Shown here piece after piece: positions 51,601 through 62,129 of a stretch of 64,000 bases of DNA. Source of the stretch: Octopus bimaculoides (lineage: Eukaryota). Within the stretch, counting starts at the first letter, position 1. Each line of letters starts with the position of its first letter. The DNA is taken from the NCBI RefSeq assembly GCF_001194135.2, contig NC_068984.1:104200471-104264470 (forward strand). The letters are read 5' to 3'. The notes under the pieces were generated by a model, which saw only the letters and a program-made list of their open reading frames with translations, was not told the DNA's origin and ran no database searches. Made by a program: the position numbers and the translations under genes.

Positions 51601-54600
51601 GTCTTAAAGAAACTTGGATTTTTGGCTCTGTCAAGAGACAGAACATTATATAATAGTACCTGTGGAAAGAAAATGAGAGTTTGATCTGACTAGTCTATGT
51701 TGCCATTTGTCTCAGCAATAATACCTGATAATGACTGCTAAAATTACAACTTAGATATTGTAGTTCATCTGTTAAAATGTTATGGCTTCTTGTAATAAAT
51801 TGCAAAGAAGTAGTCTATTTAGAATAATTGATTTATTAAATGACTATTGCTTGATTGGTGTATGACCTCTATGTTGCATAGCCTGCTAATACCCCAGTGA
51901 GAAAGAGAGTGTAGCTGTAAGATTGAAAAAGTGAAACCAATAATACTAAGTTTATAAACTTTAAATGATTGCAAATTTGTTAACAGCAAAAGATGTTAGT
52001 TTATTATTTCTGATTATATTACTTGTGAGTATATTAGTGTTTGAATATTGATTAGAGCAAAGCTTTTTGCTTTCAGGATTTCTTTACTGCATATTTTACA
52101 TATTTGTGTAATTGGAATAGTTCCCTAACTACTAAAAGCAGCAGTGACTTGTGGTAGTCATCACCCTTCCTCATGATAATTATCATCAGTAACTATTTAA
52201 CATCTATTTCCATGATGCTGAGATGCAATATATGTTTGTATGTCATCTGCAAGTAATCCAGTGCATTTTTAACATCTTCAAGTGTAAAGTTGAATAAGTC
52301 TTCAGAATACTAAGCAGTCTTTTGGTATTTCTTCTGTTAACTCCAACTCAAAATTTTTTGGTGATTCTTGTTTCAATTTATTTCTTCATTTGGCAGAACT
52401 CTAATCTGAGATTTAATTGCTGGTCACATTTATGTCTTAACCACTGATTATAATTTCATGCAACTGAAATCTTTTCCAGTGTCTATGAAAAGCACATCAT
52501 TTGCTATTGTTAATAATTAAAATAAAAAAGAAAAAGAAAATTGCTTTTCAGTGTTTCTAGATATTGAAATCCTCACCGATTCCATTTTAATAAATATATA
52601 TTTCTTCTTTTTAGTGTTGTAATCTTCCATGTTGTTTGTTGTCATTTTTTCTTTTTTGTTTTTGTTGTAGCATGCCTTGAATATTGTGGACTTAGTCAAA
52701 TTTCTACAACTGCCTCTTGTTGCTTCTGTTTTTGTTGGTGTCCAGGGATATGCTTTGTTTATTTTCTTTTCTTTTCCTTCTAGTTTTCCTGAGATTCCTT
52801 TCTTCCAATCAGACCAGGTTCATCAACTGATGGTTAATGTGTTGTTCTTATATTGTCGCAATGATCAGATGAAAACTCATTTGTCATACCGACAGGTTGG
52901 TTTCACTCCTCTTTATATGAGTTCATGATATCCTACAACAGGACGAGTGATGTTACATTCTTTCAGTAACATTTCTTTATCACTGTACTACTTAACTGGA
53001 TTTTTACTAAAGAAACATTATTAAACAAAGATATTTTTATGTTTGTCTATTTGGCTCTCTCTCTCTCTCTCTCTCCCAAAATGAAATGAAAAAAAAAGCA
53101 ACTCAAAGTAACCTGAGACACCCAGTGAACAGTTTATTTTCCAAGCATAATGTCATTTTGTTTTATTAATAATGGTTTACAGTAAAACCCTACAAAAATA
53201 TCTTCTTTAGTAAACAATATTGTAGCTTTAATTATGTTGTAAATATCACTGAAATTTGTCTAACGCTGGATATTGAGACAAATGGTTACAAGTACAAAAA
53301 ATGTTTGTTTAAAAGAGAGAGAGAGCTGCATCTTCTAGAAAAATAGGCACAATTTTGTTTAATCTTTGTTTCTTGATTTTATTTCTGAACTTTCCAAAAA
53401 ATTGTTTTTGAAACCACGTTTAATGGGTAATATTTTATTGGGGCCATTTCAATACCCTTAACAGCAATAGGTATGTTTATAGATACAAACCCTTTCAAAA
53501 TCCTAAATGTGATTTTGTACTGAATTCTTTAAACTAGCAAGTGAAATATATAAATGGAGTACTGTTATTTTATAATAAATTTATTTGGCAATGTGGAGTG
53601 ATTTTTCTTATACTACATATTCCTATTTTCTGCAAGCATTATTGCTTAGCTTATTAAGTGATGGTCAGAATGATAATTAAATTATTGATATAATTAATTT
53701 CCTTAGCCTTTATAATCATCACAAATTTATCACAGTGTGCTGAAGTAAATTTTTGTATATTAGAAAGAATAGCATTTAACATACATGCATGTTTTCTGTA
53801 AAACTACAAAACTCTAAGCAAAGCACCAATTATTTCTGAGGATTATGATGATTTTAGAAGTAAGTTCCGTCATGGATTGTAACCATTTAATCCTTTCCCC
53901 AATGCCCTTTCTAGTGTTTGTAGTTGGTTACTATGTTAAACTAACACAAGTGTGTGCACAATAACTTAAACCATTCTCAGCTATGAGACTAGTGGTGGTC
54001 TGCATTTGTAAAATTCTGTTCAGTAAAAACAAAAAATTTAAGTATGTTATAGTGCTGTGAGTTGAGGAACTGAGGTATGAAATATTTCTTTTCCTTACGG
54101 CACCCTAATATACTGTAGTTTTTTTCACTTTTTGCTGAATCCAGACTTGGTTTGGTACGTATATTATTTTCTTCAAATTCTCTTTTCAAAGATGATTAAT
54201 CTACTAATCCTTAAAAGACCAATTGCCTATAAGACATTCTAATAATTTTTTTAAAAAAACAGTTTATTATGTCAATTATCTCCATCAACCCTATTGTACA
54301 AATATACGTAAATAAAACTGAATGTTGGGTGGACTATTCACTAAAAATTTACTTTTTCTTCTTCTTTAAATTTACAATTTATAGCTGAGAGTGTCTAATT
54401 AATCTAATCATTAGCAAAATCTTTCTCTGTCCAGTTTCTTTGTGGAAAATGAAATATAGTTGTTTCTTGTACAAACATATATTAATTTCTAATATAGCTG
54501 TTTCTTGTACAAACATATGTTAATTTCATATACATATTGTAAAGAGAGTGACTTTGTGGTTTGATTCCTTAGTATGGAGCTAATGACTTGCATTTAAAGT

Positions 54601-55415
54601 GCAAGAGTAAGTACAATAATACTGTGTAATTGGATAGGAGGTGATTGGTGGTAGTGGGAACTGAGTGTTGCCAATATTAATGAAAATCTTGAACGACTTG
54701 GACCCAATCCACAGCATAGAAATAATGTAGTGTCCACAATAGATAGGGCCACTATGCTGGCCATCACAATACAGTCATATGACTCATCTGTCTTTATGAA
54801 ATCACAAGAAACTAATAAGGCATCCTCTTTGAAGCCTCCAGGAATTTACTCACATTTTAAAAGTAGGTAAAGAAAATTCTTGATTTTTATCTTCTGATTT
54901 AACATTCTACCTATTTTTTTTTAGTTTCTTTTCTAAAATCTTGTGATGACAAATTTTAGCTGATTAATATTCTAACCCTAACCCTCTCAAAATATCCATT
55001 TCACATTTGCTAATTTAAATGATACCTAAATAGTGTTCAGATTTTTTTCAGATCACACCCTTACTGTTAAAAGAAACCATTGAGTATTGAATAATGTAGT
55101 CCTAGATGGACATAGATGGAATAATTTATAATTAAGTTTGTAGGATTGAGGTTGACTTGGGGCTAAAGAACAAAATGTAAAAATTATATTTCAAACAAAA
55201 TGTAGCACTGCTACAATGATTAACTAAATGTTTTGCTTCAATATTTTTAGAATTTTAGGAGTAAATGTATTCAATAATTTGTTTTCATGTCCTATTGTAC
55301 ATTGTACACTGTTGGTCACATGATAATATCTAAAAGCCCAAACTCATTCTTTAAGGTTCTTGTTTGAAAAGAGGTTTATAATATAATTTTATCTTTAATT
55401 CTTAAACTAGCATTA

Positions 55416-55451
<36 letters not shown>

Positions 55452-58400
55452 GAATACATTTTGTTTACATGATTTTGTTTGAAAAGTTTTAAGCTAAAGA
55501 GACAGCAGCAGCAGCATGTGTTTAATTTTTGCTGTAGAATAATTTATAACTTGCTTGCATGGTCCTTATTTGGACATGTGCATGTTTTGGTTGGAATCAT
55601 ACTTAAAAGTAGTTAAATGAAATTAATTAATTTTCTGACCTTGCTAGTCTGTTTTCTTAAAAAATTTTTTTTTGTAAATTTTGTGATGATAATTTTTAGC
55701 CAATATATTAAATACATGAATTCAAAAATTTATGGATCAAAAATGTATTTAATAAACCATACCCAATTTTATGTTCTCAAATTTAAATGATATCAAAATA
55801 ATGGGATACAAATAAACATATTGAACTTAATTAAAAATCAAATCATTGTTGATTAGTGATTGTAATTTAATTTTTTTAACAGATAATTAATATTATAATG
55901 AACACTTTGCTTGCATTGTAGAGTAATTGGCTGGGTAGAATGTTGTCATATGGCTTTTGTTTCATTCTGTCATCATTCAGATTACCTACAAACTATTGCT
56001 CAAGTTCCTTTGTTGTAAATGAAACTATAAGAAATTTATCATAGTAATGTTTTTACAGTGTCTTTAATTTAGATTGGGTTTATTTCTAAACCTGATTCAA
56101 CTGAAATTTAAAGTGAAGATTTAATAGGAGTGGGTGTTTAGATCTCTTTATTGTATTGTTTCTCTCTTCAGTTTTAACATATAAAGTTTAGCCTTTAAAT
56201 AATATACGACAAAGAGAAATAAATAAATTTGTATTTTTGAAGTTTGTGGTCTTGTCTGCCTGTTTCTCTAAATTTCAACTAATATAAAACTTTTAATATA
56301 ATATTTGAATATAACCAAAGGGTATGTTAAATATTCTTTGTCATTCCCTTGTTTTTAGTATATTAATGTTTATACATCTACATGTTTTAATGTAGTCAAT
56401 GAAATAGTTATAATGAAAGTACACTTACAGTTTGTATATATAGTGTTTTCTTGCTAGAAAATGTATTTGTGGCTTATGATGAATAAGTTTTCATCCGTTT
56501 TTCAAAGTGTGACAACAATTTAAAAAACAAAACAAAACAAACTGAAGGCAACAAATATGTCTCTTGTGAAGTTTTCATCAGAACATCCCATGACTTTTTG
56601 ATGACCTGGTCAGACATTTAGTGTTTTTCCTTCCTGCATGTATTGTTGTAGTTATGTCACACTGTTTTTGATGCATGTGAGTTGTTTATCAAATTTATTC
56701 ACATTTTGCATAGATATGTTGCAGATTTATTATTATCATTATTATAAGTGTATGTTTTAAATTCCTATATCATTAAATAATCTATAAGGGATTAATGCCC
56801 TCTTTGTTGTGTTAATGAATTAACTGTCTATTGAATGTAAGTATATGTGTCATATTTTGCCTGATGCTTTTCTTCTATCACTTTTTCAGAAAATAAATAA
56901 ATAAATAAAATTTCTTTAAGTTTGTTAATGTGAACATACTGAAATGTATTTGGTGAAATAATTTATTTTATTACAGAATCACTTATTGTTTAGTGAAACA
57001 ACTTAGTCATTAAACTAGTGTTTAGAATGTAAATTAACATGAAATTTTGACTCTAAAACAAGGAATTTGTATTATAGAACCTGGGGCAGCTTTGGGCAGG
57101 TTGGTATCAAATGGGTTTAATCAACTATTTCAAAATCTATGACTTATACTTTATTGGAGTAATGGGTGGGGGAATCAGTAGAGTGCCAGACAAAATGTGC
57201 TGCAAGTTATATCCCTTTACATTCTACTTTCAAACACCTAAAGTTCATTTTGACATTCCATCCTGCCTTCTGAGATTGATATGATATACCAGTCAAATTG
57301 CATAATCAATGAAATGAGGGAGTATATCCCTTATCAAAAATTTATGGCCTTTTGTCAATTTAAACTGATACAATATTTAGTTTTGATCGTTTTGGCTGAG
57401 TTCAAATGTCATTAGAAATTATTTCTGTTGTTTCTTCTCAAATCAGCAAATTAATGTTAATATATCATCATCAATTCAATTCTTTGTAAAACATCCAATA
57501 AAACCTAAATTTTTGTGCTCTAATGAAAATGTCATAAGCATTCTTAGTTTGAATTATTGCAGGTTAGAAGATGGAGAAAAAAACAAAGTAATCATTCAAT
57601 GACTATTATTTTTAATGGAATACATTAGTTGTATATTTCAATTAGTTTTGAATATATTCTGGAATTTTTGTGAAAAACTAATGTTTTTCATTATTAAGTT
57701 GTTAACAATGTGTTTTACATAAAATTATGAGAGGCTTTAACTAGGAATGCTTAAAAATGAGAAGTTTTAGTATCAGAACTGAGGCTTGTATCAATGGGTG
57801 AGGCTACCAGAATCCACCTCCAATTATACTGAAGTCACACAGTTGCACATACATAAGTATCCCTAGGCATTGTTCTACCCTTCTCTTCAGCTTCACTTCT
57901 TTCTTATTTTCTTTCCTTGTTGCAGGTTTTTTTTTTTTCACTTTCCCTTTATTCTCTCTCTCTCTCTCTCTTTTTTTTAGTTTAACACCTAACACTTTTG
58001 ATGCTAACCTTTCTGAAACTCAACACCCCAAGTTCTATGTTAAAAATCTTCCTATGATCTAAGTTAAAACCTAAATTAAAACCTACCAACATATTTCATG
58101 TTAATTTATATTCCAACTTGATAATGACAGTTATTTTATTAAATTTTTTGTTTTTTAATAAATTAATTGATAGATAGGCTGTGTATTTGAACAGAAATAT
58201 TTTGACAAAAGCATTAAAATAAATTATTGAAATAAGTTATTAATGTGTTAAATAAAATTATATTTGGTACACTTTAAGTTATATTAATGAATTCTGTACA
58301 AAAGTGACTTTGACTTACATTTTTACTATTGTCATTTTACTGTTTATAAAACAATTTTTGAATTTGTCTTGTTTCATTTGACAGTGGTTCACAAAAAAAA

Positions 58401-59721
58401 AAAAAAATTCTTTAAATGCTAACACTGTAATGATAAAGGGATTTTAAAGAATTAAAAAAATTGTTTTTATTCAAACTAGGGAATACTAGTCTCATTGGTT
58501 ATGGGTTTCCAATGTGCCAATCACTTATTCACTGCTTTTCTGATGGTGAAAATGACAAGGAAGTGCCTGTATCTTGATTCAGAACAAATATCCCAGAGGA
58601 CGGTGTTCACAAAGCACAATTTTATATCCTTCACTAAAATGCACAGATGCACTCAGTTGGCTTCTACACAGTTTCCATCCAAGACATTGGTTAACCCAAA
58701 GCTATAACAGAACATACTTGCCCAAGGTACCATACTGTAGGATTGAACTCAGGGCCATATGGGTATGAAGCAAGCTTCTTAGCTGCACAGTTGTGTTGCT
58801 TGTTGTTGCAAACAACTTATGTAATATATATAAATTGGATTCTATAAATTAGGTTAACTTTAATCTAATTATGCTAACATAATTAGCCTATGTTAATTAT
58901 ATATCAGTAATTAATGATTATATACTTACAATCTTTATTTATAACATTTAAATACAAAGAAATAGGAAAAAAGAGGGATAAGAAAGGAAAAGAAAACAAG
59001 GTTAGGGTGTAAAGCAGCAGGGGAGAGGGTAATGGGCCACATACCCTAGAACAAATGGTGTGGTTAGTCATGGAGAATGGCTGGCGGCATTTGCTGCAGC
59101 AGCCATTCCACCTCACAGGGCTCATTTCTTCAATGGGCCACTGTCATCCCTATTTTTCAGAGGAAACCCTATACTATGAGATCCACTATATCATATATTG
59201 AGGAGTAGAACAAATACAAGATAACAAACTGGTTTAGTCAAGTTTTTGTTTTGTATGTTTGCGGGAAGAGTGAACTGGGAGAGGGATAACTGAAGAAGAA
59301 AAAATAGTCCTTCAGATAAATGTTACTATTATAGTCTTCCAAACTCAAGATGTTTGATGTTTTATTAGGCTGTGTGACTTTTTTTTATATTATGATACTT
59401 TTGATTAGGTAAGAGATGCTGCCTTAAATGTCTGAATTTATATTGAAGTATTTTTTCATATAATCAATCTGGTATAAAAAAAAAAAGGCAATGGGAATAA
59501 ATTAATATGTAATCTATTGCAGTTAATATTACATGTTTGATTCTAGAAATGTTTGTTAATTATACTTACCTGAATTATTGTAATGATGTTCTTGATTAGA
59601 AATATCTTACTTACCAAACATGCTTTCTTCAGGGTATGCACGAACTTTTAGCACCATTAATATTTGTACTACACTGTGATCATCAAGCATTCCTCCATGC
59701 GTGTGAAATAGAAAGTATTGG
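21611..59721 (+). CDS. TBC1D5: TBC1 domain family member 5 (Rab7 GAP), multi-exon CDS, 3'-partial: join(21611..21719,30551..30698,38012..38120,39862..39951,41696..41773,43809..43876,[48446..48548 or 52784..52895],59633..59721,...)
   Basis: All introns are GT-AG with matching phases. Spliced translation gives ...SYSTEWERLF...LRSSRFRSICWKLYLEVL...NNPLSQAEESPWNRFFQDNELRLTIKQDVIRTYP...SYRQGMHELLAPLIFVLHCDHQAFLHA. This matches my recollection of vertebrate TBC1D5 (LRSSRFRSICWKLFL; NNPLSQDEGSLWNKFFQD; YKQGMHELLAPIVFVLHCDHQAFLHA). Confidence 0.96.
23090..24440 (-). mobile_element. Degenerate RTE LINE fragment (RT domain)
   Basis: Minus strand reads TTDPFFYLRQLKKYLAK..LYLVFIDLEK and ARIRIGWRKFRPLLPLLVT. 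ORF 23306-23779 is only its antisense. Confidence 0.8.
24790..26995 (+). mobile_element. RTE LINE 3' portion with long internally repetitive 3' UTR and (GAC/GAT)n tail
   Basis: ARIRIAWAKFRELLPLL...WYGHVVRMDEDSCVK...GRGRPRKTW...KTRQAK* (stop at 25395-25397), followed by tandem ~65-bp units. Spans an N gap. Confidence 0.9.
25863..26237. other. Assembly gap (375 N)
   Basis: N run. Confidence 1.
27040..27325. other. Assembly gap (286 N), flanked by (TA)n-rich and (CT)n sequence
   Basis: N run. Confidence 1.
29100..29222 (-). mobile_element. tRNA-derived SINE, internally deleted
   Basis: Read on the + strand as ggtatggctgtgtggtaagaagcttacttcc... family head; strand call uncertain. Confidence 0.6.
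30551..30698 (+). CDS. TBC1D5: TBC1D5 coding exon 2 (VGVDSSSNGYNNN...GGSFTHSY)
   Basis: Acceptor ttatttttag, donor AG|gtgaaa. 148 nt, phase 1 to 2, open frame. Joins exon 3 as SY-S-TEW (human FNSYRKEW). Confidence 0.85.
35038..35282. mobile_element. hAT-type MITE
   Basis: TIRs CAGTGGTTCTC / GAGTACCACTA. TSD gtatagat/gtatacat (7 of 8). Confidence 0.7.
35560..36630 (+). mobile_element. RTE LINE 3' fragment with internal deletion and repetitive 3' UTR
   Basis: KGLRVNLVKTKVL and GEKLEVLDSFCYLG motifs. Tail matches 1-286. Confidence 0.8.
37747..37933 (-). mobile_element. tRNA-derived SINE with (CA)n, ending 79 nt upstream of exon 3
   Basis: Reverse complement of the family head acaggcatggctg...gaaactgaaagaagc. 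Another minus-strand copy at about 37300-37410. Confidence 0.8.
38012..38120 (+). CDS. TBC1D5: TBC1D5 coding exon 3 (TEWERLFGKPNFLKALRNHGLRGNLRSSRFRSICWK)
   Basis: Acceptor ttttttcag, donor AAG|gtatgt. Contains the TBC motif LRSSRFRSICWK. Confidence 0.96.
39258..39467. mobile_element. piggyBac-like MITE
   Basis: CCCTTCAGCATT ... AATGCTAAAGGG-TTAA; homologous to the 11918-12538 array. Confidence 0.7.
39729..39776. repeat. (CA)n microsatellite
   Basis: Perfect AC run. Other dinucleotide runs at about 12972, 27330, 28657, 37249, 38210, 43184, 45600 and 55419. Confidence 0.95.
39862..39951 (+). CDS. TBC1D5: TBC1D5 coding exon 4 (LYLEVLLEDKSNWLIKTREWRQKYDDLKNN)
   Basis: Acceptor ctttaatctag, donor gtaagt. 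90 nt, phase 0-0. Similar to human LFLCVLPQDKSQW. Confidence 0.93.
40643..41027 (-). mobile_element. Full-length tRNA-derived SINE (cephalopod-type core)
   Basis: Minus-strand tRNA head gtggaggcgcaatggcccagtggttagggcag...ttcgattccc. Perfect 11-bp TSD AGTTAATGTAT (40632-40642, 41028-41038). CpGs retained, suggesting a young copy. Confidence 0.9.
41696..41773 (+). CDS. TBC1D5: TBC1D5 coding exon 5 (LIINPRKAVDSAHDLSLNNPLSQAEE)
   Basis: Acceptor ttttctttcttgaag, donor gtaagt. 78 nt. Carries NPRK and NNPLSQ motifs. Confidence 0.95.
41928..42350 (+). mobile_element. tRNA-derived SINE with (TG)n, starting 155 nt downstream of exon 5
   Basis: acaggcatggctgtgtggttgagaag... head and family body. Confidence 0.8.
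43809..43876 (+). CDS. TBC1D5: TBC1D5 coding exon 6 (SPWNRFFQDNELRLTIKQDVIR-T), arginine-finger motif
   Basis: Acceptor tattttag, donor AC|gtaaga. IxxDxxR catalytic motif. Ends in phase 2. Confidence 0.96.
45642..46023. other. Assembly gap (382 N) after (TA)n, inside TBC1D5 intron 6
   Basis: N run. Confidence 1.
48446..48548 (+). CDS. TBC1D5: TBC1D5 coding exon 7a (T-YPRIEFFQSNQVRNMMVDILFIYAKLNVDLSYRQ), putative mutually exclusive exon
   Basis: Acceptor ttgcttctgttccag, donor CAG|gttact. 103 nt, phase 2 to 0. Ends in the YxQ glutamine finger. Confidence 0.93.
48647..48707 (+). promoter_or_regulatory. Cluster of three (T)GCATG RBFOX-type splicing elements downstream of exon 7a
   Basis: GCATG 48647-48651, TGCATG 48675-48680, GCATG 48703-48707, in non-repeat intron 99-159 nt after the 7a donor. 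Confidence 0.5.
50430..51268 (-). mobile_element. RTE LINE 3' fragment between exons 7a and 7b
   Basis: Reverse complement of the 24940-25800 region (ORF end plus 3' UTR), with a 36-bp internal tandem duplication at about 51156-51225. Confidence 0.85.
52784..52895 (+). CDS. TBC1D5: TBC1D5 coding exon 7b (T-FPEIPFFQSDQVHQLMVNVLFLYCRNDQMKTHLSYRQ), putative mutually exclusive exon
   Basis: Long pyrimidine tract ending ...cttttccttctag, donor CAG|gttggt. 112 nt with the same phases as 7a (2 to 0). 18 of 34 aligned residues identical to 7a. No stops. Confidence 0.9.
58620..58790 (-). mobile_element. Degenerate tRNA-derived SINE
   Basis: Reverse complement of the family head (aagcaagcttcttagctgcacag). 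Confidence 0.6.
59633..59721 (+). CDS. TBC1D5: TBC1D5 coding exon 8 (GMHELLAPLIFVLHCDHQAFLHACEIESI-G)
   Basis: Acceptor ctttcttcag, donor GG|gtaagt. Nearly identical to human GMHELLAPIVFVLHCDHQAFLHA. Confidence 0.97.
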
Positions 59722-60154
59722 GTAAGTAATTTTTTTGTTACTTTTAATTGGTTTTATTTTATTCAAATTACAATATGATAAGACCATCTTGTGGGTTTGC
59801 TTTCTGGATTATTATTGTTGCAGTTTGAGCTGGAGTGGCCAATAGCTTTAACTTAAATTGAAATAGGATTACCCTGTCTTTTCCAGGGTACTTAAGCAAT
59901 TTGAAATAGTTGCCCTGTTTTGGATATTTTACAGACAACATTGATTATAATAATTGGAACCTTTAATGTAAAATCTTTCAGTGTAATTAACTAATTATAC
60001 TAACTTCTCATGAATACTTTGAAATGTCAAGTATTCCAATCAAATCAAATGTTATATTGTTGGATTTCCTTTATCCTAACATTATTATTACCTCCTTCTA
60101 TTGTGTTCAAATCTCTTTTATGTTGCCTTTCTTTTGAAAGCTTGATTTATCTAA

Positions 60155-60357
60155 CCCTTTAGCATTTAAACTGGCCATTTCTGGCCCAAAATGTTCTACC
60201 TGTTTTGTGGTCAAAGTGGTCAAATCTGGCCTCTTACACCTACCTGACAGTGTCATTCAAATCATATTTACATCATCAAAATCTCAAAGCTATGATTAAT
60301 TCAAAACAATGTGAATGAATAAGTATTACAATTGACAGAAACCTGAATGCTAAAGGG
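60155..60357. mobile_element. piggyBac-like MITE
   Basis: CCCTTTAGCATT ... AATGCTAAAGGG, flanked by ctaa and ttaa. Confidence 0.75.
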
Positions 60358-60893
60358 TTAAACATTCATTCTATAAAGTCATTGTTCTCATTCACTTCCT
60401 AAAACTTAACACAGGTACTTTACTAGTGATGAAACATAATTTAATTTTGTTTCTTTTTAATAGTCATTAATCATTGCACTGTAAACTATTTGCTCAAATT
60501 TCCAGTTCAGTGTCTTGTAAATAGGGTAGAAGTAGTTTATAAACCTTACTCAAAGGAACTAAAGAGAAAATGTTGAGTTTTGAATTTCTTGGACTAAGGC
60601 ACCAAAACCCTATTCATTTAGATTTTTGTTTTTGACATTTCAATTTCTTAATTGTAAATTATAACTCAACAGTTGTTACAAGATTTATGTGATTCTTAGT
60701 GTTAAAAGTATATTTTTTCTTTTGTTGGTAAAGAATGTTTGAGAAAGTTGGTAACTGTATTGGATGACAGAATGTAAACTTATTTATTGCTTTTTATTGC
60801 TGATAATTTGTAGCTTGATTTTTTTTTTCTTCAGTTGCTTAATTTTTTTTTTTGTTTTTTTTTTTTTGTGATCGTTGTTTTAACATCTTTCAG

Positions 60894-60914
60894 CCTTACA
60901 CAAATTACCGAGAG
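60894..60914 (+). CDS. TBC1D5: Candidate 21-nt in-frame microexon of TBC1D5 (G-LTQITE-R/S)
   Basis: Very long T tract, then ttttaacatctttcag acceptor. Donor GAG|gttagc. Symmetric phase 2-2, matching the phase-2 end of exon 8. No stop. No transcript evidence available. Confidence 0.45.
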
Positions 60915-62129
60915 GTTAGCATTTTGATTCTAATTGCTTTCTTTCATTTATGCTGCTTTGCTGGTTCTGGACTTTAACAACATTTCTTGACAAAAACATG
61001 TTTTCCTATGATGAATGTCTTTTCTGAAGAATTACCTGAATGCACTGGAATTAGTTACCAATTTTCTCTGAATTTTTTAATCTTATTGTTTATGTCAAAA
61101 CTACTAGGAATTTTAGGTTTATTTTTTTTCTTTGCATGCCTATTTTTTCTTTACAAGTGCCTTGTTTTCCTTCCATTTCCTGGTAGACTCTTCAAACTAT
61201 CTTTCATATATAAAAACACTACAATATTCACATAAGCTTTTTTATATTTAGTTATTTTTTGGTTAACTTTTGTTTTTAAACCTTTACTTTAGAAATTACT
61301 TTTAAATATTTGAATATTAATAACTTAGTAAATAATAATAATGCATTTGATTGAATACAAATTCTTAAAAATAAATTTATAAATAAAAGTAAACATTAAT
61401 TTTCCTAAAATCTAGGGTACATCATTTAAACTTGTTTGTATTGAGATATTTGGAAGAATCCACATACAAACAATTGAATTAACTTTCTGATTATAAATGA
61501 GGTTTAACAATTTTTTGTGTATTAGTTATTGGAGTGGGGGTCATAGATAAGTTGTATATCAAATACTTATGGGAAAAATAATTTTTCACGAGAAGTTAAC
61601 TCTTTCATTACATTCTTAGTCAAATATACTTCATGTATTTTACTTAACTTTGGAAATAATCAAGAATTTTAAGAGATTTAGTAAATTATCAATCAGTTTT
61701 ATATTACATTGATGATTGGAAACAAAGTTTCATGTATGATATTATGGTGGAATGTTTTGTATGGTAAAAACACAATCTCAGGCTGGTTGGTATCAAAAGG
61801 TTTAGAAACATTTTTAAATGTTGATATTAAAATTTTTCACATTTTGAAGGGTTCTGTGTATGTTTTTGGAAGGATTATATCTTTAAAAAGATTGGAAATG
61901 CCAGTATTTCTCTCTCCATCTATCTGTTTCTCTGATTTTCATTTTGAAAATATCAAGTTACTTTCATTTGATATTTTTAGAAGAAAGCATGCAATTTTTA
62001 TATGTCTATTGTAAAATAAGCCCATTCTATTTGTTTTAAACATAAATATACTTCAGCAACCTGAACAAAATTTTTAGATGAAAATCATTTAAAATCCATC
62101 CATCTTTTCTACTTATTATTTCTGGGATG

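Noticed and set aside
54973-54984. (TAACCC)2 telomere-like motif
   Set aside because: Only two units; expected by chance.
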